A stretch of DNA of 62,803 nt, filler included, from Craspedostauros australis (GCA_030167865.1; 12 parts of 12 records of this genome joined end to end with filler, not necessarily neighbours in it); one strand, 5' to 3'. Positions 1 to 12,577 are shown, counted from the first letter of the whole stretch. The notes: generated by a model not told the origin, from the sequence alone. Numbers and translations are program-made.

Positions 1-849
1 CACAAGGTGCACGACGTGACATACGGCATCAGCTCGAACCCGTTGATGCAGTTCGCCATCGTCTTCGCGGCCGTCATCCATGACGTGGACCACACCGGCC
101 TCCCGAATGCGGAGCTCGTACGGATGCAGACACCTGCCTCCGTGGCCTACCGTGGCAAGTCCGTTGCTGAGCAGAACTCGGTGGACGTGGCGTGGAACAC
201 GCTGATGCTGCCAGAGTTCGCAGGCTTGCGACGATGCATCTACACCACCGTGGACGAGCTGAAGCACTTCCGCCAGCTCGTGGTGAACATCGTGATGGCA
301 ACCGACATCGCTGACAAGGAGCTGCAAGCATTGCGTCGCAAGCGTTGGGCTGTTGCATTTGACAGCGGGTCGCCCACCAGCATCCCGGAGCACGTCGCGA
401 CCGTCACCAGGAATGCCACAGGTGGATTTGGAGGTGGCAATGGCAGCGATAGCGATGGCGGCGACACAAGCAACATGGACCGCCGTGCGACGATCGTGCT
501 GGAGTACATCATCCAGGCCTCGGATGTCGCGCACACCATGCAGCACTGGCACACATACCAGAAGTGGAACGAGCGCCTCTTCTTCGAGCGCTACAAGGCC
601 TATCTGGATGGTCACGAGAACGAAGATCCATCCATCGGTTGGTACAAGGGCGAGATCGGGTTCTTCGACTTCTACATCATCCCGCTGGCGAAGAAGCTCA
701 AGGAGTGTGGCGTATTTGGAGTATCGCACCATGAGTACCTCCGATACGCAGAGGGCAACCGAATGGAATGGGAGAAGAAAGGGCAGGACATTGTGAAGAA
801 GATGCACGCAGCTGCGGTGACGAAGTTTGGCATCGGAGGATCGAAGTGA
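1..849 (+). CDS. 3',5'-cyclic nucleotide phosphodiesterase catalytic domain, 5'-partial; probably the C-terminus of a diatom cyclase-PDE fusion
   Basis: Class I PDE motifs HDVDHTG.PN, ATDI, IIQASDVAHTMQHW and W..GEIGFFDFYIIPL. The frame is open from base 1 to TGA at 847-849. Confidence 0.92.
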   Translation, partial: HKVHDVTYGISSNPLMQFAIVFAAVIHDVDHTGLPNAELVRMQTPASVAYRGKSVAEQNSVDVAWNTLMLPEFAGLRRCIYTTVDELKHFRQLVVNIVMATDIADKELQALRRKRWAVAFDSGSPTSIPEHVATVTRNATGGFGGGNGSDSDGGDTSNMDRRATIVLEYIIQASDVAHTMQHWHTYQKWNERLFFERYKAYLDGHENEDPSIGWYKGEIGFFDFYIIPLAKKLKECGVFGVSHHEYLRYAEGNRMEWEKKGQDIVKKMHAAAVTKFGIGGSK

Positions 850-3315
850 GATGATGCTGCTGTTGAGAAGTAATGGGAGGATGGGCTCAAAGTACTGCGA
901 CTCATGCCATGCCATGCCATACAAGTAAGAGTAAAGTAGGGAATTGGATCGGTTATTATCAGATCAAAAGTCTATATTCACCTTAGTCTATGTCTAGTCT
1001 TGTTCTCCGTAGACTTCTTCAGGTCACGCATGAGACTTTTGGTCATGAACCGTTTTCTCTTTCTCTGTTGACCTCATTTCCCGCAACCCCCGTTGGCGCT
1101 CAGATACCTGTCTTGGTATCTGAAGATGGTAATGAGTTAAAGGATGGATGTCAGGCCCTGCCTGTCATCCTCCTTATGTGCACATGAACATACATGTCTA
1201 CTGTCTTGGTGAGTGAATGTACCTGAGCATCTTGGCTCAGATACAAGCTCATCAATCCCATCAAATTTGGCAAGATCGCATTNNNNNNNNNNNNNNNNNN
1301 NNNNNNNNNNNNNNNNNNNNNNNNNNNNNNNNNNNNNNNNNNNNNNNNNNNNNNNNNNNNNNNNNNNNNNNNNNNNNNNNNNNNNNNNNNNNNNNNNNNN
1401 NNNNNNNNNNNNNNNNNNATGCACTGCACTTCATGCTCTGCTGTGTGTTGCAACACATGTTGCCTCAGCATCATTTTTCATCATTTCATCTCCATCTGCT
1501 CACAATTCAGACTCCAACAGTTCTGAATTGGGCCAGCTNNNNNNNNNNNNNNNNNNNNNNNNNNNNNNNNNNNNNNNNNNNNNNNNNNATTGTTGTTCCA
1601 AGAAGCAAGATCAGTCTTGGAGGTGCCATGAACCTCCTCAGTCTTGCAAACTCGACAACACCTTCATGCTCTGCACTTCATGCACTGCAATTTATGCACT
1701 GCACTTCATGCTCTGCTGTGTGTTGCAACACATGTTGCCTCAGCATCATTTTTCATCATTTCATCTCCATCTGCTCACAATTCAGACTCCAACAGTTCTG
1801 AATTGGGCCAGCTTACATACCATCTAACATCAATTAACCACTCAGAGCACAATAACACTATCACACAGTTTCACTCTACTTCATTGACGGACTTGATCAC
1901 TCCCAATTTTGAGGTAAGTACCCACTTTCATCTGTGTTCTATCAGTTATCATACGTACAGGGACCAACAACTTGAGCAAAGTGGGCGACCTGTGCTCTAA
2001 TTTGTGCATGGCGCAAAGGATGTGCCTACCCGCAGAGGAAGACGCTAGCGGCGACGATGGTAGAGCGCGAACCACAACAAGAGAGTACCCATGCCCAGCG
2101 AACGCGTTAATCATAGGCGAGTGGCGAGAGTGAAAGCAGGTGCCTCTGGGTCCCACCTCTCTAGATCCAACATGTGTTCCTGGACCTGGTATTGCAGTCA
2201 AGGACGTTCGCGAAAGAAGCAGCAAGTCGAAGTTCATCTAAAGAACAGACTGCTTTCCACTTAGTGTGTTCCATGTCGCACCATGAAATTGTTTTGGCGC
2301 GTCAATTTTGGCGCGAAACCTTCCACCTACAAATACGGAAAATGATTCCTTTCCCTCTGTACCCCACTCTGACTCATGAATCACTGCTGACTCAAAATTC
2401 ACTTGAGTCATCGAAATCTATGCACTCCGGGAACTATATGCTCCTCCGAAGTCTCGTATCACAGCTAGCCCTGATTCCATTGTCAGCCATGCCAGCTAAC
2501 AACTCTACATGACAACAACAAGGAGATCCTCCCTGCTTCAACATGAGCAGGGAATCCAACAACAATTCCTGTCGCCTGACAACCTGTGTTCTCAACCATG
2601 ACTTCAATCAAGATGCCAAGCCTTTGTACTCGAACATAGAATTACTACCACAGATAGTGGAGAAAGAGAGAGAGATCGTCTGTTCTCAGCACTGAACCCT
2701 GATGGTCAGTGCAGAGCCGCACCATCCAAATGAACATAGTTTCTTCATCCTACATCTCAAACTGATCGACTCGCAATGCAAACTATTCAGTATAACAAAG
2801 AGCACAACTCAAGATCAGCACAACCATTCTAATCTACTCATTGTCACCAACAACTATCACCCAGACGGTTCATCCTTGCTAACTGCACCATCAGATTCAC
2901 TGAATCTGGCAGTTAGCAAGGTCTTCCCTTTCGGATCGTGTCCCACCAGCACACGAAAATCCAACTCCCTCCATCGTTTTACCTAGCCTCGTTGATGAAA
3001 GTATCCAAATAAAGCTAGCTAATTTCATGTTCGATCAACTCGATCTCATTTCCTTCTCACGAAGGATTCGTCCACGTTTTCTGTGACACGGCACGAAGCA
3101 ACAAAAGAAACAGAAAGAAATCCATCACCCACAAAGAACTCTCTCTCCCTCATGATCGCACTGGCACAAGAGGGCAAAGAAGCAGCACAAGACGATCACT
3201 TTGAGGCACATGGCCAAGAGACACACACACTATACCACAACAAGGAGAGTGCATCAAAGCATCGAAGCATCACAACCGCAAGTTGCAGCAGCGAACGAAC
3301 AACGCAACGATCGCA

Positions 3316-5124
3316 ATGATGGACTCCATGAATGCAGAGCTTCTGCTGAACATCGTTCAGTACGGCAACGTCGCGGATCTGGGGAACCTTTCCGCATGCT
3401 CCAAACGATGGTACTACCTGGTCAAACAATACGTCGAGGTCCTTCGAGGACCGGAGTTGGTGTCGGTGGGACGATGGGATCCCAAGCAGAAGAGAGACCG
3501 CTCAACCTCCGATCTGTTCAACGAGGCACGCGCGGGATTGCAAGGCGCTCCGAACCTCGTGCTTGCCTTCCAATCGGACAGAGGGATGCTGGAGGATCAC
3601 ATTGCGGACTACGTTCCCAACAACTGCACCATCTTGTGCGCGGAGTCGTCGAACATCCAAGTCAACCATCCAGCCGCAACGGCCGAGGACACGCCCACCT
3701 TCGAATGCAACAGCGATGAGGCCGTCATGATGGGACGATTTCCGGGTGCGAACATTTACCCGTTCTGTCTCCATCAGACAGGCGACCATGAATCGGTCGT
3801 GGATCAGCTGAAGGATCAAATCGCAAGAGACTGCGGAACCGGAGACGACAGCGGGAATGCGGATGATCAGACGGATTCTTTCGTGAAGGCCATCATCATT
3901 TATGTTTGTGGCTCGTACCGAGGAGACGCAGAGAGCGTGGTGCAGACGCTGCAGGCTGCCTATCCAAACGCTGCAATTGCCGGGGGAATATGCCAAGCTG
4001 GTTACATCACCATGCCCCGATTCCCCCATGGCGAGCTTCCGGAGAGCAAAGGAGCATTGGGTAGCATGTCAATAAAAAACCTGAAGGGTCTCCACCGGAA
4101 GCTCGCTGCTGGTGGAGAATCTGGCGGCTTTCACGGCATGGAGAAGCAAGATCTCGTCGACCTGGCCTGGGAATCGGTCACTGATTATCAAGCGTCGGGC
4201 GACAAGAACTCCCTCCATTCGATGAGCAACCATCTCTTTGGTGTGGTGCTGGCAGGGCCCGTTCCGATCCGCTCCGTCGTTTCCCGAGGCGTCACGAGCA
4301 TTCTGCAACAGAAACGGGCCGATGAACCGGTGCCAACATCGTCACCCTTCGTCGTCACCGAATCTAGGTTGCACCGCCCGACGGATGACGATTATCCATT
4401 CCGCAGGTCGGGATCTGGATCTGACGATGACATGCCAAGCGTTCACTTGGCAACCAAGATCTGCAACAAGGAAACCAACGACATCATTACCGCACAGCAG
4501 CTGTTTCAGATCTGTCAACAGCGGGAGACGTTCGGTCCGGCCAGCTTCATAGGTCTCAAACGACCCGGCGACAACGGATTCGAGCTGTCCCATCCAACCA
4601 ACCCCACCACCAGCATGAACGCGCTGCTGTTTGACATGGACGAATCGAGGAATCAAGGCGACGCGTCTTTGGTCGGTGCAGAGGTGGACTTCTTCTGCCT
4701 CAGCGGAGAGGCGTGCATGCACGATATGGATCGAACAGCGAAGCAGCTCAAGGAGCAAACGAAAGGGGAAGAAATTCTCGGTGCCGTCATGTTCAGCTGC
4801 AGTGGGCGTGGGCCTTCTGCCTACGGGATGATACCCGAGAAGATGTCCGACGCAACCCGCTTCGGAAACGTCTTCAAGGACGTCCCCTGCCTCGGCTTTT
4901 ATGCCGGCGGCGAGATTGGACCGCAGGCTCTGGCAGGCAAGGAGAATGTCTTCCAACGAGGACGAGCTGCGATGCAGGGCTTCACCGCAGTGTTCGCGCT
5001 ATTCATCGTGCCCGTTGTGGATCGCATCCATTTCGATTTGGATGATCGGCCGGAGCGGGTCAACAAGTTCGTCTCCGAGAAATTCGGAACGTCGGCAGAG
5101 GCGCAACCAATGGAATCAACCTGA
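3316..5124 (+). CDS. F-box + FIST domain protein (FBXO22-like architecture)
   Basis: N-terminal F-box-like MNAELLLNIVQY..ADLGNLSACSKRW; FIST_N-like P...IAGG; FIST_C motifs GAVMFSCSGRG and PCLGFYAGGEIGP. First ATG is at 3316; no introns needed. Confidence 0.85.
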   Translation: MMDSMNAELLLNIVQYGNVADLGNLSACSKRWYYLVKQYVEVLRGPELVSVGRWDPKQKRDRSTSDLFNEARAGLQGAPNLVLAFQSDRGMLEDHIADYVPNNCTILCAESSNIQVNHPAATAEDTPTFECNSDEAVMMGRFPGANIYPFCLHQTGDHESVVDQLKDQIARDCGTGDDSGNADDQTDSFVKAIIIYVCGSYRGDAESVVQTLQAAYPNAAIAGGICQAGYITMPRFPHGELPESKGALGSMSIKNLKGLHRKLAAGGESGGFHGMEKQDLVDLAWESVTDYQASGDKNSLHSMSNHLFGVVLAGPVPIRSVVSRGVTSILQQKRADEPVPTSSPFVVTESRLHRPTDDDYPFRRSGSGSDDDMPSVHLATKICNKETNDIITAQQLFQICQQRETFGPASFIGLKRPGDNGFELSHPTNPTTSMNALLFDMDESRNQGDASLVGAEVDFFCLSGEACMHDMDRTAKQLKEQTKGEEILGAVMFSCSGRGPSAYGMIPEKMSDATRFGNVFKDVPCLGFYAGGEIGPQALAGKENVFQRGRAAMQGFTAVFALFIVPVVDRIHFDLDDRPERVNKFVSEKFGTSAEAQPMEST

Positions 5125-5612
5125 TTTATCACTAACTCTGCTATGCTGGCCGTTGCAGGCGGTATGAGTTCTATGAGCATTGCGGCAGAAACGAGAGGAC
5201 CCATACTCGTGCGGTTCACAACGATTGCGTATTCTCCACACAATGTGCTAAATGTGTTCAATGTGTTTGGATGGTTCGGATCAACAAACTCACGCTTAGG
5301 TCGTCGTGCGCGTAGTGGTATTGATCTCGCCGAATGCGGCAGAGTATAACATATTATACGAGTAGTAATAGAATATTATGGTAGAGTGAACACCGTCAGT
5401 ATCGCAAATGGCACGTGGCTAATCGGAGCAAGATTTATCAGCGTTGTCATCAACAATCCATTCACGATCATTTGAGTCATGGATACACATCATCGAATCC
5501 TTCCTGAGATGTCAAGCCGAAAATCTTTGTGGACACGGACGATGGGCACCACAATGGCGGCTGTGAGGCGAGGCGAGATCAAGCGCAAGAGGGACGCGCT
5601 GCAGCAACGATC

Positions 5613-7551
5613 ATGTTGATAGAGGCGAAGACAGCGCAAGAGGTGCTGCTCCCAACACCCACCCCAGCGTCGTCGTTGCCATCCGCCGCACATACACACC
5701 ATCGACGTCGATGCACAGGAGTGGTTATGGATGCCGTCAATGAGTCCACAGGACTTTTGGATGCGAAACTTCTGAGGAAGAACAGGTCGCAGGAACAGGA
5801 ACAGGAACAGCAACAGGAACAGCAACAGAAGCATCTGCAAGATCCGTACCGCATCTGCATCTTTGTCGAGCCATCGCCGTTCACGTATGTTTCGGGATAC
5901 GCGAACAGGTACAAGTCGCTGTTGCAGCATCTGCGAACGGTGCATGATGCGTCGCAAGCGGAGGGCGAGAGCGATAGTGCGGCCCAACCAATCAGCAATG
6001 CTGTCGCAGCAGTGACCATTGTGACGGTGGAATCGACGATGGCGGAAGATGAGCGGCCGCAATCTGCATTTGGATTTCCGATCCGCTACGCCCGAGGGTT
6101 CACGCTGTGTTGTTACAAGACCATGTCCATCAGCTGCGATTGGACGTTCATGGCGATTCGAACCGTGAGGCAAGCATCACCGAACTTGATACATTGCAGC
6201 AGTCCGTAAGTGAGGATATGGTTTGAAAGGACGTGAGAAGCAGCGGTTTATGCCTAGCGTCTTCGATCTTTTGTATGCCTGCTGATCTCGTGACGTCCTG
6301 CTATGTTGTGTACATGCAGTATCGGTCGAAATATCTCACTTGGTTCGTCGTCTCGCATCGTGACTCATATCGAGGCCATTCATTTCTTCTGGCTCATTGC
6401 CTTCATGGCATCATGCGCGGCGATGCACGGTGGCGCACAGAGGCTTTCTGGTGTTTCCCGCAATCTTCTGTTCCAAGTACTACGACATCCCGCTGGTCTT
6501 GTCGTACCACACACACATCCCCGTCTACGTGCGATCGTACCTCCCATCGTGGTTGCGATGGCTGTCGGCCATTTTGGAATATCTCATATGGACGTACCTT
6601 TGGCTCATCCACTTTTGTTGCGCCGATCTCACCTTGGTCACATCGCCGCAGCTCGCTGAAGAGTTCCGGACGTGCTGCGGCAAGTTTTCTTCGACCACCC
6701 TGCAGGTGTGGAAGAAGGGGATCGACACGATCAAGTTCCATCCATCGCATCGAACGGCTGATATGCGCCAGCGGTTGACATCAGCTTCGCCCTTGCCCGT
6801 GTCCTTGTCTCTGCGATTAGCTGCAACGACGGGCAAGGATGGTGACATCTTTGCGACGGATCCTGAGAAACCCCAGGAAGAGATCGTGCTGCTGTACGTA
6901 GGGCGTTTGGCGACTGAAAAGAGGGTTCACGAATTGAAGGACATCATGGATCGGCTGTTGGAACGCATGGAAGTCCGCAATGCTGCGAGTCCGAACGTGA
7001 GTATGAACAGCAATACGAATGAAACCAGCAGTAGTACCACCCAGAAAGCCGCCAACGCACGCATCCATTTAGCATTCGTTGGATCGGGACCACAAGAGGC
7101 ACAGCTGCACGAACTCTTCCACGATCTCATCAATCAAACGATCGTCACGTTCGTGGGCCAGCTCCACAAGGACCAATTGAGCCAGGCGTACGCATCAGCA
7201 GACATCTTCGTGTTTCCAAGTGACAGCGAAACGCTGGGCTTCGTCATCATGGAGGCGATGGCAAGTCGGCTGCCTGTTGTGGCGGCCAACGCGGGCGGCA
7301 TCCCCAGCATGGTAACGCACCAGGAAACGGGATACCTCATCGATCCTGGCAATCTGGAAGGCTACGTCGACGCGTTGATGGAACTCATCACGGATGCGAC
7401 GTTGAGACAACGGATGGGCAGCAGAGGACGCGAACTGACGGAGAGCTGGTCATGGCAAGCCAGCATGGGCGAGCTGTTGGAGAGGCAGTATCCCATGGCC
7501 ACCGCAACTCACTTTGAGCCGAGGAGATGCTGGGCTAAGAGGAGGACATGA
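5613..7551 (+). CDS. SQD2: Sulfoquinovosyltransferase (SQDG synthase, GT4); exons about 5613-6205 and 6441-7551
   Basis: RICIFVEPSPFTYVSGY, SYHTHIPVY, LLYVGRLATEK and FVFPSDSETLGFVIMEAMAS. A GT..AG intron at 6206-6440 restores IHCSSPGFLVF. The start codon is uncertain (5613 or 5727). Confidence 0.9.
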
Positions 7552-7724
7552 TCATGTAAGTATCATTGCATTACATTGCTGAATTCCGCTCTGGAGCTAT
7601 GCTAAATCAGGCTTCGCTTTCTTGGATATGTAAAGAATGGTTCCTTACTCGTTTCTCCGCACGTTTGATACGAACGAGGATGATCATTTCTCTGCCACTT
7701 CACAGGCTCAGAAGCTCATTTTAC

Positions 7725-10435
7725 TCAAATTGACACTTGCCGCGATGAGATCTCCTCGCCCCTCTCTACCACGATCATGTCTGAGCTTCGTGCTTTGGTT
7801 TTGATTGCGCGAAGTACTGTACCGTCAATGCAATGTTCTTTAGGTCCCTCTTTTGCGGCACCCGGCTGGTGGCCCTTTCTGTTGTATTCTTCATCATCGT
7901 ACACGCCGTGTTTGTCGGCACCGTCGTGTCCATCGTGTTGTGTGCGACGACAGCAAGAACCAAACCACCGCGCCCCGCAGCAGCAGCAGAAGATGGCGAT
8001 GCAAGGCCAAAGGAAGCGTTCGGCATGCTCTATCCCACGTGTCCACATCTTGCTGATGTAGCGGAAACCCCAGTACGTGGGATACTGGCGTTTCTTCTGA
8101 AGGTTGTTGAAGAATGTGGAACACACGATGGCTACCACACTCGCCAGCAACGTCATGCCAATTTGTCCCCACGCGAAGCGACGGGCGCTGAAGATCAAGG
8201 CGGTCGCTCCGGCAGGTGGATGTGTGATTCCAAACTTGACCATGGCGCCGATCGCTAGGGCAGTCGCAAGCGACTGGCGTAGCCACGGATCGATGAAACC
8301 GTCACATCGGGAAATCCCTTGCCCGATGAGCAAAGAGAGGAGTTGTCCTACGATGATGTTGGGTGGCTGCGATGCCGGAGCAGCAGTCAATCCATACTGA
8401 AGCGTCATCAGCGCTCCCATGGGCCTGCGAGGTGCGAAGAGAATGGCATTAAAGACAACTGCAGAGGAACGTGTGTGAGATGGTGGCCGGGCTGATTGAT
8501 CGAGCGCAGATGAGAGTAAAATCGATGACAAGAAACGCTTCAAATGACTTCATCGCCAACAAGCGGGTGTTGAATCGCAAATCACGACCACACGTACCCC
8601 AGCACCATGCGATAATCCCGCCCCAACAAATCTTCAAACCCTTCGCTTATGTTCGTCAAGATTGAGAGGGTGAGGAAGACGCTGACGAAGATCTTCAGCG
8701 CCTGGTCCCAGTTTGATGCCGGCGGAGCCTTTGTGTTGGCCCCCATGGATTTCTTGAGGTTTGCCAGCAACGCCTTGCGAATTCGCTTGGCTCGGTTGGA
8801 AGTCATGATGGACTCGTTGTCGTATTCGCAACCATCTTGAGGCCCATGGTGGCTCTGGTTAAGGCCAATGTGGGGGCGAGATTGGTACCGATGGTGCCGC
8901 AGTTGCTGCTTGCCATGGATCGCCTTGCGCTTGCGCTGTTGCCCGACCTTGGGAGAGCCCGGTGCTAGATGCATGTTTGGTTCGACACAACCCACGCTGG
9001 CTTGGTTATCACTGTTGTTGGCGGCAGTGTTCATGCTAGTATGTAGAGCTTCGGATGAGAGACAGCACTCGTGCATGCTCTCACAATCCTCGATGTCGAG
9101 CTCTTTGATCATCTCCTCGCGTGGTAGCTCCAGGCTGTACGCTGACGCGATGAACTTGGTCATGTGTCTCAAATACGTTTCATGGACGGTGGTCGATATG
9201 GCATCCAGATCAATCCCATCCTCCACCATGTACACCACGACGCCCTCCTTCATGTCATGTTGGTGATGCTCGAAGCCGTACAGCTTGGAGATGACCGTCT
9301 GAAACGGCACGGCAACTGCCCATTTGAGACCGCATGCTGCAATCAGCTGCAATCGTTCATCGTACGGTTGATCCGGATCGTTGGCGAGGGGGACGACTTC
9401 GCGCCATTGGAGCGGGTTGTCTTCGCTGTGGGCGTGCTGGTGCCTGCTGGAGAAAGGTCGGCCTTGCAGGTTGGTCAGGTTGAGCTGGCTTGTGAGTGGT
9501 GAGAGTAAGCGTCGAGTGCGCGAGAAGGTCGACTGGTCCAGCTCTCGAGAATCATCACGCTTGAGCTGGCGACTGCTGCTACCGACGTCTCGGTCGCTCC
9601 AGAACCCGAACAGCTCCTTGCCCTTCGTTCCTTCGAACAGCTGCCGTCGATCAGAGATGCTGAGGCGGAGTTTGCTTCTTTTCTGACCGCTGTTGTCGCC
9701 AGACGTGCCGCCACCATGAGGTGGCCTGACCGCACTGCGCTTCCTGACGAGACCCATGGGGAAGGAAAGTTGGTCATTCGTGCTTGGTGCTTCTGTCCAC
9801 AGCGCGCCCGTGAGGCCACAGCCTGGTGCGAGCGGGGCCGCCTCGATGTGACCTGCATGGTCCTTATGGATGAGGCTTGCCCTTGCGTCGGCAATGTCGG
9901 CATTGCCGGTGTGAAGGAATCCGGGATTTGCTGCCCAGCCATCCTGGACACGGATCAGATGCGTGCCCTCGTCGTTCATCACCCACATCTCGACGAGGGC
10001 GATGCCCTTTCCGAGTGACGTGACTTCCCGCAGTGCTTGGCTGAGGAAGCTATTGGGTTGCATGGCATGCGAAGACACCGAGCTTCCCGTCGTCACGTCA
10101 TCAAACGTTGAAGTGAACGGCTCCGACAGAGTCCTGGGATTGCTCCTGTTTGGCGGTGGAGCGCTTGGCGGAGTGTTTGCGCCGAGAGGAGGATGGGGAA
10201 TTGGAGCATTAGCCGCAGCATTGGTTGCGGCATCAATGTCAACGTCGCCTTGTTTGTCATTGCTGTTGTGGTCGCTAAGAACGGTGGCGTCGCTGCTCCT
10301 TCGTTCGTTGGCGTTGTTGTTGGCGCTGTCGTTGATGCCGACACTTCCCATGCTCACAGTGCGGCGAAAACCAGCATCCTTCCTCACGATGTTGTCGTTG
10401 TCGTTCCTTGTTGGTGTCATGTTGATGCTCTGCAT
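7725..10435 (-). CDS. HPP-family integral membrane protein with long soluble N-terminal region; exons 10435-8598 and 8424-7725
   Basis: Intron 8597-8425 (GTACGT..CGCAG on the minus strand) joins VLG|PMGALMTLQYGLTAAPASQP. The signature ITHPPAGA and several hydrophobic helices follow. Confidence 0.85.
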
Positions 10436-12404
10436 TGAATGTGACGACTGCTGCCACCTGCGCTGCCGTTCTCGCACAAGTGCGCGTGCGAGAATGAATC
10501 AGGTAGTGAAAGTATCGCGCGCGGTGAATTGTGGTCAAGGCGCCCGAGGCTGAGGTGCCTGCTGAGTGGCTTCCCTCCTTTGGTGCTTGGATCGTTGTTG
10601 CGTGTCATCGTGCATCCCGCCCGCGGTATCTGACGCAGTCTTCCTGTGGTAGTTGTTGACGCTCGTCGTCTTCTCTCTGCATCTTGTTTACATCTTGTTT
10701 ACATCTTGTCCGCATCTTGTCTGTGTTTGGTGATGTTGACTCGGGAAGATCGCACGCCTTTGCATCGCACGGACCGGACTGCTCCGCGCGATCACGATGC
10801 ACAAACAGATGATTGAGTGACACAAAGTGGATCCCCTCCCTTCGGCAAATTGTGTCATTGATACGAATAGCGTGAAACGTTTTTATGGACCCATGATGCA
10901 GTCCACCTCAATCAATCCTGTCCACGATTGCTTCTGCTTCAACGTTGCCTTGGCGAATCCACAGAAAAAAGCATGTGGCGACGTGTTCTGTGATGTGCAC
11001 AGAGAACAGCAGAATCAACCAAGCGATGATACCGGAGAGAGCAAGAGAGAGGAAACAACTTTTGCCTTCCACGTTTGCGGGACGGTGTAGTCGTACCTAT
11101 GTGCCCGTCCCATCTCCGTGAGGCCGATCTGTTCGACGATCTGCTGGACTCCAGTTGAACTCGCACATCTGTGAGCGTGGATACGAGCCGCTGCATGCCA
11201 TTTTCTCTATCTGGAGAGAGACATGCGCTCTGGAAAGCATCGCATTTCTCCTCAGGTGTCTTGGTGGCGACATCATCGCTGTAACTCGTTGCTGTGTTGC
11301 GTCATGCGGACTCAAGCGGGTCTCAAACAAACAGGTGCAGCCAACGTTTTTGAATATTTCTGGATATTTTCGCATCAAATTATGAGCCGCCTCCGCGAAG
11401 CGTTCACATGCGAGAAATGAAATTCTCAATTTTCCGAAGGCGGTTATTATGACGTTGACTTCCCCCATTTCATTGAGGGGGTCAGATGAATCTTGCGCCC
11501 TCCATGAAGCGATCTGATTGGCCAATATGATCAGGCTATGAATCTCTCAATCTTACCACCACCTCCAATGTCGCTGCCAAGCCAGCCGCTGGTCGTATTT
11601 TTCTGTGCATTGTGCCAGTGCTGTGAGCAAAAGTTCCTGGCGGGTCATTGGCACCACGAAGCACCAAAACCAACAGAGGACGGCCACGCGCGTTCGGCGA
11701 ACGCGATTTTTTGGATTTTCAGGTGGAGGGGACGTAGCAACGTCAGTCTTCGACGGGAGGTATTGGAACGTTTCGCTTCGGGTGGACCAAAACGTGACCA
11801 TGTTTGATGAAACGAAACAAACGCACGAACACGGTGGAACAATGCACTCTCTCTCCTCTCCCTCCCTCTCCATCGTCGGTTGTCGATGGGGGTATCATCG
11901 CTCGTATTCTGCCTCGTACTCGTTTGGAGAGAGGCACTCGAGAGCAATCCGGATCACTCTTGCTTTCATCGCGTCAGTGGAAGAACTTTCTCGGAGAGTT
12001 TCTGTTTGGTGGAGGGGACGCCAATCTTGGGCGAAAGCGTGACTGTGGTCCGTTAACTCCGAGGACACAGCCCCTTGGGCCCAGTTGCCACCAACCACCA
12101 CTGCGAGCGATGGTAGAACCCTCGTCGAACGAATCACTTGCGATGGTCACGCCACCCTCACGGCCAACGACTGTTTGTGACAATTCCAACCAATGAAAGC
12201 GCAAGCGAAACAGGTCGGTCCCGTCTTTCAAAGTGCCTGGGGCTTCCGGTAAAACGGACTATCGGACTAACGGACAACAACACAATTGCTTTTACGGACA
12301 TTTGCAGCCATGAATGCGAGTTATTTAGTCGCGGTTTGGATGTCGTCTCCGACAGTTTTTAGTTTCAATCCGTGATTGAAATGTCTCTCAGCTGCAGCGA
12401 AACA

Positions 12405-12577
12405 AAACGTGCCCTAATTTAGGGCACGTGTTGAAAAGGTGCCCTATTTAGAGCACGTTTTGAAAAGATGCCCTATTTAGGGCACGTTTTGAAAAGATGC
12501 CCTATTTAGAGCACGTTTTGAAAAGGTGCCCTATTTAGAGCACGTTTTGAAAAGATGCCCTATTTAGGGCACGTTTT
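12405..12577. repeat. Tandem array of six ~29-bp units (RTGCCCTATTTAGRGCACGTTTTGAAAAG), each internally palindromic
   Basis: Read directly from the sequence. Units start at about 12409, 12439, 12468, 12497, 12526 and 12555, with no unique spacers. Confidence 0.95.

Noticed and set aside
12405..12577. CRISPR array (palindromic ~29-bp repeats)
   Set aside because: The units are contiguous with no unique spacers, there are no cas genes, and the context is eukaryotic.
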